Source of the DNA: a virus
Lineage: Duplodnaviria; Caudoviricetes
Direction: 5' to 3' (one strand)
IMG/VR virus record: IMGVR_UViG_3300033067_001418
Span: 1 to 34,816 of that record
DNA length: 34,816 nucleotides
Shown: positions 17,796 through 26,200 of the stretch, in pieces
Layout: every line of letters begins with the position of its first letter
Numbering within the stretch: the stretch's first letter is position 1
Notes under the pieces: generated by a model
Seen by the model: the letters and a program-made list of their open reading frames with translations, nothing else
Told to the model about the DNA's origin: nothing
The model's database searches: none
Made by a program: the position numbers and the translations under genes

Positions 17796-18535
17796 GCAAG
17801 GTTGTTAGAAAGATTGGCGACTCGGCGAAGAAGGTCTTCAAGGTGGTGAAGAAGTCCGTCAAGAAGGTCTGGGAGTCGAAGATCGGACGGGCCATCGTCA
17901 TTGCGGCCGCGATCTATTTCACCGCCGGGGCTGCGTCGGCCTATTTCGGCGCGGCGGCGCCTGGTGCGGTCGGGGCTGTCTCTGGGACAGGCGCTGCGGC
18001 GACGGGCGGGGTGGCCATGGGCGAGATGGCTGGGCTTGCCGGATCGGCTGGATACGGCGCAGCGGCTGGATCCGGCTTGGCTCAGGCGGGCCTCGGCGCA
18101 GCTGCCGCCGGAGCTGCCGCCCCGGCCATGGGCGAAATGGCCGGCATTGCCGCCGGCGGTGCGCCTGCATCAGCAATCGGCGAGTCAATCGTCCAAGCCG
18201 TGGCCAACACGGCTCCAGCCATCGCTCCGTCAGTCGCCACGAACGCTGCCGCATCGGCGATGCCGCCCATGGGGCAGCTAGCCGGCGCAGCGCCGCAGCT
18301 CGCATCTGCAGCCCCGGCAAGTGGCGGCCTGGTCAATGGCATGATGAACGGGGCGCAAGCTGTCGGCGACTTCATGTCCAAAAACAAGCTCTATGGCACC
18401 GCTCTGCAGTTCGGCGGCAACATGATGTCCAGCTACGCCAGGCAGAAGGCCGAAGAAGAGGCAATCGCTCGCCGTCGTCAAGAGATCATCAACGGATACC
18501 GCTCCGGCTTCGGCCAGCAGCTCTGGAGGTACTGA
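17792..18535 (+). CDS. DNA transfer/ejection protein (P22 gp7-like architecture)
   Basis: ATGA overlap, SD GAGG; Lys-rich amphipathic N-terminus, hydrophobic helix, Gly/Ala-rich body with repeated AMGEMAG. Confidence 0.7.
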   Translation: MSKVVRKIGDSAKKVFKVVKKSVKKVWESKIGRAIVIAAAIYFTAGAASAYFGAAAPGAVGAVSGTGAAATGGVAMGEMAGLAGSAGYGAAAGSGLAQAGLGAAAAGAAAPAMGEMAGIAAGGAPASAIGESIVQAVANTAPAIAPSVATNAAASAMPPMGQLAGAAPQLASAAPASGGLVNGMMNGAQAVGDFMSKNKLYGTALQFGGNMMSSYARQKAEEEAIARRRQEIINGYRSGFGQQLWRY

Positions 18536-19086
18536 TGGGAATCATCGACAAGAGCATGGGGCCTGCCCCTGCCGAAGAGCCTTCCAAGGGCATGATGCCC
18601 GAGGAGGAGTTCGAAGACGGTGAGGCGAAGGATCCCGAGGAGTACGACAAGTTCATGTACGTCGTCGAGTCAGCCCTCGCCGACAAGAAGTCCAAGCTCG
18701 TGCAGAAGATTGCGAGCGCCATCGAGGCCGCCGCCGATCTGCCGCGAATCCTTGCGACCACCACATACAACCTCGTCGCCGCGATGGACGAGAAGACCGG
18801 CGGCATGCTGTCCGATGAGGATCTGCCGCAGGCTGCGGTCGAGACGCTCGAACACGTGGCCGGCATCGCCGAGGCCGCCGGCAAGGACGTCAGCGACCAG
18901 GTCATCTCGAAGACCGTGAACCTCATGCTCCGCCGCTTCATGGAAGAGTCTGGAGACGTCGAGGGGTTGGAGCGGATGAACAAGATCAGCCCCGACGAGG
19001 TGGCCATGCAGATGGGCCAGCAGCAGGGCGGCCAGCCGCCAGGCCCGCCGGAAGCTGAAGCACCGACAGAACCGATGGAGGCTTGA
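18535..19086 (+). CDS. Acidic helical hypothetical protein in ejection module
   Basis: TGATG-coupled, good codon usage. Confidence 0.75.
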   Translation: MGIIDKSMGPAPAEEPSKGMMPEEEFEDGEAKDPEEYDKFMYVVESALADKKSKLVQKIASAIEAAADLPRILATTTYNLVAAMDEKTGGMLSDEDLPQAAVETLEHVAGIAEAAGKDVSDQVISKTVNLMLRRFMEESGDVEGLERMNKISPDEVAMQMGQQQGGQPPGPPEAEAPTEPMEA

Positions 19087-19087
19087 C

Positions 19088-20269
19088 GTGGGAATCATTG
19101 GCACCGCACTCGGCGAAGCCGCCGGCATGACCATGAACCAGGTCGGCACGGCGATGATCGCCGCCGACATCCGCCGCGAAGAGAACGAGGGCCGGTGGGC
19201 CGTCGAGCGCGAGCGCATCGCGAAGGACATCATCCTGCGCCGCGAGGAACTCAACGAGCGCCGGCGTGAGGCCGACCTTCGCTGGGGTGATGACGAAGGC
19301 GGGTCTGGCAGCAGCAGCGGCAGCAAAGGCAAGAAGGGTAGCCTGGAGGCTGTCTTCGCCGACATGATCAAGAAGAACCCCGAGCTGTACGGCATCAACC
19401 AGCCCCTGCCAGGCGCTGACAAGTTCACGACCACAATCGACGTTCCCGCAGGCGATGGTGTTGGTCCTCCGGCCCCGGAGAAGAAGTACGACGCCGAAGG
19501 CCACGAAAGGGCCAAGAAGGGGATCATCGACAGCAACATCGAGCGCGCTGGTCAGGTCTTCAAGTCGAAGGACTACAAAGATCTCGAAGAGGGCAAAGGT
19601 CAGGCGCTGCTCAACAAACTGTTCGAGCAGGCTCAGGCCGAGACCGACCCGGCCAAGCGCGAGGCTAGGGTCCAAGACCTCAACAAGTTCGCCATCGCGG
19701 CCGGCGCCAAAGATCGCTTCGAAGTCAAGGACGGCACCGTCGTTGATGTCGCCACTGGCGCGACGCGCACCACCGAGGTCGGCAAGTCCGAGATCAAGAA
19801 GAACGAGGGCGCCGCCAACGAGTCGAATGCCGATGCGAGGAAGGCTGCCGCGAAAGGCACCGACGGCATGTCGAAGACGGAGCTCATTCAGCACAACACG
19901 AACCTGCGTGCGACGATGGGCTCAATCGAGCGCGAGCTGAAGAGCGAGCGCGCAATGCTCGATGCGATGGGTGGCAAGAAGGACTCCCCCGAGCGCCTGG
20001 AAAAGATCTCCCGTATCAACCGACTCGTCAAGGATCTCGACGACACTCGAGCCGAGATCAACGCCACTGACAAGAAGGTCGCCGCAGCGCGAGAGGCGCC
20101 GGCGTCCGACAAGCCAAAGACCGATAAGCCGAAGGTCGACGCAAAGCAACCGCCGAAGATCTCCGAGGTCACCGGCGCCCCCGCCGGTGCCAAGATCGGC
20201 GTTCATGACAGCAAGGGTTGGCAGGTTCTCGATGCCAAGGGTAAGGTAATCGGATACGTGGGGAACTGA
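19088..20269 (+). CDS. Putative ejection protein (P22 gp20-like position)
   Basis: SD GGAGG, GTG start; Gly/Ala N-terminus then charged coiled coils; directly precedes the giant protein. Confidence 0.7.
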   Translation: MGIIGTALGEAAGMTMNQVGTAMIAADIRREENEGRWAVERERIAKDIILRREELNERRREADLRWGDDEGGSGSSSGSKGKKGSLEAVFADMIKKNPELYGINQPLPGADKFTTTIDVPAGDGVGPPAPEKKYDAEGHERAKKGIIDSNIERAGQVFKSKDYKDLEEGKGQALLNKLFEQAQAETDPAKREARVQDLNKFAIAAGAKDRFEVKDGTVVDVATGATRTTEVGKSEIKKNEGAANESNADARKAAAKGTDGMSKTELIQHNTNLRATMGSIERELKSERAMLDAMGGKKDSPERLEKISRINRLVKDLDDTRAEINATDKKVAAAREAPASDKPKTDKPKVDAKQPPKISEVTGAPAGAKIGVHDSKGWQVLDAKGKVIGYVGN

Positions 20270-23200
20270 TGCGCTTCATACCTCTCGACCAGGCTGATGA
20301 GCCGGTCTCTTCTGGGCTCAGATTCATCCCCATTGAAGAGACGCAGGGCCAGCCAAGGGACGCATTCGAGGCAGCAAAATTCGCACAAGAGAAGGCCGAC
20401 AATACCGAGCGAGGTTGGGGTGAGGTCGCAAGCGACACCGGCCTGGCGCTCGCTCAAGGGGCGATGGACTTCGCCGCCCTGCCTGGCACGCTGTACGGCC
20501 TGGCCACCGGCAACTTCGACAACGCCTACAGCAACATCTTCCGCCCCGGGCAGGAAGCTGCTGATGCGCTGAAGTCCGACAAACTCAAGGCAGAGCAGGC
20601 CGCGCTGGCGGCCAAGGTCAATGCCGCCGAGGGATGGCGCGAGAAGCTATCCGTCGGCCTGATGGAGGGCCTGCAGAACGGCACCCTGGCGTGGGATCAG
20701 GTGGCCCGCATGGTGCCCGGCATCATCGGCGGCGGCGGCATGGGCAAGGTCGGCGAGAAGGTGGTCACGACCGCCGGCCAGCTGGCCAAGGCGGCGCCAG
20801 TGGCGGCGGCCATCTCTGGCCGTGCTCAGCCGGTGGCTGAGGCTGCGGCATCCGTCGTCGGCAAGGTCGGCGAGGCGGGCCGTGCGGTCGCCGCCAGCCC
20901 GGTCGGCAAGTTCATCCCCGATGTCGCCACCGCCGGCGCCGTGGGCACGGGCTCCGCGATCCAGTCGCAGTCCGTCGTCGAGGACACGCTCAAGGAAGGG
21001 AACAAGATCCCCGTCGAGCTGTTCGCGGAGAACGACCCCGAGTACCTGCCGCTCGTCGACCAGCTCGTCGAGGGTGGCCTCACCCGCGGCCAGGCGATGC
21101 TTAAGGCCCGCGAGCAGCGGGTCAGCGAGATGGCCCAGACGGCCGGCCTGCAGGCGTTCGCTGCGTCGCTGTTGACGATGGCCATCCCTGGCGGCTCGAC
21201 GATTGAGACGGCGGCCCTGAAGAAGCTCAAGCCCGGCAGCGGGTTCAAGGCGGCATTCGAAGGCGGCGTCAAGGGTGCGGTGTTCGAGCCCATCCAGGAA
21301 GGCACGGAAGAGGCGTCAGGGTCTGCGGTCAAGGATCTGCAGCTGAGTCGAGCCGACCCGAGCATCGACGTCATTGGCAACGCGGCGGCCGCCGGCGGCC
21401 AGGGCGCTGCGCTCGGCCTGATCGCCGGCGCTGGCGGTGGGGCTATCTCACACCGCGGCGCGCCGGTTCCGATTGGCGACGGCGGCACGCCGACGGCAGC
21501 ACCTGGCCGCGCCAGCTTCAGCGACCCGGCAGGCCCGGCGGCGCAGGCCGGCATCCGTCCTATCGAGGTGCCGCTGGCGCAGGCGGCGGCCAATGGCCAG
21601 GCGAAGGCTGAAGAAGAGGTGGCCAAGGCGGCCGAGGGCGGCAAGCCCACGGAATCCATGATCGCGAAGGTCAACCCGGATCTCGAGCGCGAGCTCGGGC
21701 TCGACAAACTGAGGATGCCAAATGTCAGCGGAGCAAGCACTGTTGATGCCGTCGCTCCTGTTGGCGGTGGAGTGGAAGGTGGTCAGCCTGGCGGAAGCGT
21801 GGTGCCTCCAGGATCTGCTGTCGATGTCGGACTCACCAATGGTGCCGGTGCCGCTCCCGCTGCGACCAGCGGCAGCCAGGTTCAACCTGCTGCAGCGACA
21901 GCCGGCGAGCTTCCTCCTGCACTGACGCCGACCAAGGTCTGGACCGGCAGACGCGGCGACGGCTACGCCACCATCGGGGACGCCAACACCGCGCTCCAGT
22001 CGAAGCAGACGGCGAGTTCGAAGGAGGGCGGAGACGGCCTGACCTGGACGGTCGTTCCGCAGGCCGACGGGCGGTTTGTGCTCCATGGGTATGCTCCTCA
22101 GCAGGCGACGCAGCCAGCTGATTCAAGAATCGGATCAGAGGCGCCTGCAGTGCCGTCGGCTTCGGGGGAAGTTGGCGGCACCCTGGTTGCGGGCGCCTCA
22201 CCCATCGCAGGAGGCGGAAATGTCAACCCAAGTGTCAACCCTGGAACAGCAAGCCCGGTACTGGCTGGAAGCCCGCAAGCAGCAGACCAGGCAGGCGGTG
22301 GAGTGGCTGCAGCAGGGGGTGGAGTTCCTGGAGGACGAGCCACCGCTGCAGTCCCTGCCGGAGCCGCTGCAGTCGGCAGTCCGACGGCTCCTGTCCACGG
22401 AGGCGGAGAGCAAGCAGCCAGCCTGATAGACCCGGCGAAGATCGCCGAGGACATCACCTGGGTCGAGAACGACCGCCTCAAGAGAGGCGAAGCGATCAAG
22501 CTCGAGGTCGTCACCAACGAGCAGGATCCGACTCTGGCCGACCTGGCGACCGCCATGAAGGCGCCGATCTACTTCGTGCGCACGAAGAGCGGGAAGTCGG
22601 GCTTCAGCGGGTTCACGCGCAACGGCCGCATCGCGGTCAACCTCAGCGGCAAGGCGGCGCCGGTGGCCACCGTCATGCACGAGGCGGTGCACACCATGCC
22701 GACGGCGCTGCGCAAGGCGCTGATCGACAAGGTAATGCCCGAGCTCTCGCTCGGCGCCCGGGATGAGTTCCTGCACCGCTACCCGGCGTACGCATCCCGG
22801 CCCGAGGACAAGATCCAGGAAGAGATCGTCGCCAAGCTCACCGAGAACGCCGTCGAAGAGCCGGCCTTCTGGGAAGACGTCAAGACCAAGCTCGGCGACA
22901 GCGACTTCAAGGGCCTGGTCAAGCACATCCTCAGCACGCTCACCAGGCTCATCGGCGCCGCGAAGGCGCACAACAATACCGACCTCGCCCGCGACTGGAC
23001 GAAGGTCCGCAGCCTGATCGCCGAAGCCACGGCGAAGACGATGAAGGGCGACACCGCCTGGATCGACGAGGCCACCGAAGACCGCGCCACGATGGACGGC
23101 GCAGAGGTCACGGAGATCGAGCCCGACCAGGTCGGCGATGCGGAGTACGCCGAGCGCGGTGTCGAAGAGGACATCGGCGACTACGACGTCATGTCGTTCA

Positions 23201-26200
23201 AGGACGGCAGCCTCAGCGTCGGCGGGTCCGTCGAAGAGATCCGTGCCGCGCTGCCGGAAGGCGTCACCGGCCGCATCAAGGGCGACCGCCTGCTGTTCAC
23301 CACGTCTGATGCGCCTCGCGTGATGGCTGCGCTGGCTGGGAAGAAGAACGCCTACAGCCGCGAAGGTCGCGTACTTGACCGCAAGCCAATGAAGGCCGGC
23401 AAGTACATCGGCGCGCCAGCGAAGTACGACAGCCCGAGCAAGATCACGCACCTCCGCAGGTGGATGCGGCAGCTCGCAGACGAAGGCTCGCCTGGCCGAT
23501 TCTGGTACGAGAACAGCAGCCGAGCGATCCTCAACTTCGTCGGCGGCGATGTTCAAGAGGCTCGCAAGTTCGTTGCCCTGCTGGCGATCTACAGCCCGCA
23601 GGCGAAGGTCGACACCAACAGCACGTTCGCGCTGCGCGCATGGTCTCAGTACAAGGCTGGCCACCCGATCAAGGCGAAGACCAGGGTCATGGACGAGAAG
23701 GCCCGCGAGGCGCTGAGCGACATCGACAAGTTCTGGAGTGGGCAGAAGACTGGCAACTTCTTCAACAACCTGCTGCGCGAGATCGACCCCACCACCGCCG
23801 GCAAGCAGGGCGCCACGATCGACATGTGGATGATGCGGGCCGCCTACTACTCCAGCGACGCCCCGACCGACACGCAGTATGCGTTCATGGAGGACGAGAT
23901 CAACCGCATCGCGGCCGACCTCGGATGGGAGCCGCAGCAAGTACAGGCCGCCATCTGGGTCGCGATGAAGGCGCGCATGGAGAACTCCGGCGTGAAGAAG
24001 CGCACGGAAGCATCGTCCGAGCGCAAGGGGTGGATCAGATTCGACAGGACTGCGAAGGGTAAGCCCAAGCGCGTCATCCTGAACAAGCAGAAGCACCGCG
24101 ACAACTGGCTCGATCATGCGTTCGCGCATGACCCGACGCAGAAGGACACCAACACCGCGAAGTTCGACTTCGAGGACGGCGTACGCCGCCACATCGGCCA
24201 GGTCTCATGGGAGGCTGCACCGAGCGTGATCAACGGAATTCTGCCCGGCTTGCACACTGCACCGTGGGCGCAGCGTGTCGAGTTCCAGCAAGCGGTCCAG
24301 CAAGCCCTGCACGACGAGCACGGCGACATGCTCGCTCGCTACCTCGGACTCCTGGCCGACGATGATCTTCTTGCGCCAGGCGCCTGGCAGGGAGCCGTCA
24401 ATCCGAGCATGCAGATACCGGTTGCGATGTCTCCGGCCGGCGGCAAGGCCGGCAAGACGAGCGTTGACGCGGCACAGAAGAAGTTGCTCAACGTCTATGC
24501 GGCCACGCTCGGCCTGGTTCTGCATCAGGACGGGGTCGGCTGGCATCGTCCGTTCTACTCTGCAAACAAAGGCGACAGCAACGGCCTTGACATCCTTCTC
24601 GGTCGTGTCATCTCGCAGACCGAGATGAGCGATCTTTACAATGCGATCAATGACAGGATGACCCGCGACGGGAAGCCTGGCTGGCAGGATGACATGGCCC
24701 TCATCAGCTCGCCGACCGGCGTGCGGGTCATCAGCTTTGGCGTCATCACTAACAAGGAACTGCAGACCTCATTCCTGAAAGCAATCGAACCGTCGCTGCC
24801 GGATGCCAAGGTGCGGCTGTTCGCCAGCGACGGCGACATGCCGACGAACAAGTGGAGAGAAAATCCGAATGGGCAAACTTACATTGACCGGCTTAGTGCC
24901 GAAGGACGACCCGATGTTCTTGAGTGGGCCAGAGCTGTTCTCTCACCCCGCGTCCAGCGCGTCTTCGACGAGTTCTCAGGGCGGTACGGATGGGGCGAGT
25001 CGGACATCAGCTTCTCGGAAGATGCCCGACCTGCAGAACCTCCCAGAGGATCCAGCTACGGCCGGGATGAAGGCGCTGGACGAGGAGTTCGGGGCGCCGT
25101 CACCGGCGTCCACTACGGAAACGCGGCCGGCCTGAGCATCCTGTCTGGCCGCGCATTCGGCCAGGGCATCAGGGGCGAGGAGCGCGCCCGTCTCGACGCC
25201 GCCACCGATGCCCGCATCAAGCGGCGCGTCTACTTCTACCTGACCAACAATGGTCAGGATCTGCCGGCGCCGGAGTCTGGCCTTGGCGGCCACGTCTACC
25301 GTGCCGAGCTGGGCAACCTGTACGACGGCACCACCGCCACCAAGGAGCAGCGCCAGCTGATCCAAGGATTGCGCAAGGGGCCTGGCGAGAACGCCTACGA
25401 GTCAGCCATCCTCGACGCCGGCTTCCGCGGCCACGTCAACCGCGAGCAGGGCACCGCGGTCGTGCTCAACTCCGACGTGCCGGTGGCCTACGAAGGCACC
25501 ATCGACTGGACCCGCGTGCGCCAGCGCGTGAACGAACGCATCGTGCCGCCTATCGAGACCCGCGAAGAAGGCGGCGAGCTCGTGCGCAAGATCACCAACG
25601 AGCAGATGCTCGGCGTCATCAAGGCCAGGCCCGAGCTCGCCCGCGTGGCGCCCAGCTTCACGATGCAGTACGGCGAGGCGCGAGTCGCCGCCAGCGAGGC
25701 GGCCGCCGCCAACGCCGCGCTGGCCGACAGCGGCCTGCAGTTCAGCGAGGATGCCGTCACCCAGTCGCGCCTGCCCTTCTACAGCGCGCTCGACCGCGCC
25801 ATCGAAGGCGGCCCGAAGCAGGCGCCGGTGGAGCAGTGGCTCGCGTTCATCAAGGGCCTGACCGGCAAGGGTGTCAAGCCCGACGAGGTCTTCTGGTCTG
25901 GCATCGAGGATTGGCTCAAGCTGCAGACCGGCAAGGTGCAGCGCGATGCGGTGCGTGCGTTCCTGGCCAGCTCTGGCGTCAAGGTCGAAGAAAAGATCTT
26001 GAGCTCAGAAGGCGTCATGACCGAGCAGAAGGCGCGTGACGAGCTCGCGGAGAAGTACTTCCTCAAGCTTAACGAAAACGACAGGCTGCGCCACATCGAT
26101 GAAGAAGCAGACTACTACGACGTCGACCTGGCGTCGTTCGCTCCGAAAGACAGGCGCGCCATCCAGGAACTGGTCGACGTCATCCTCGATGGCGGCGACA

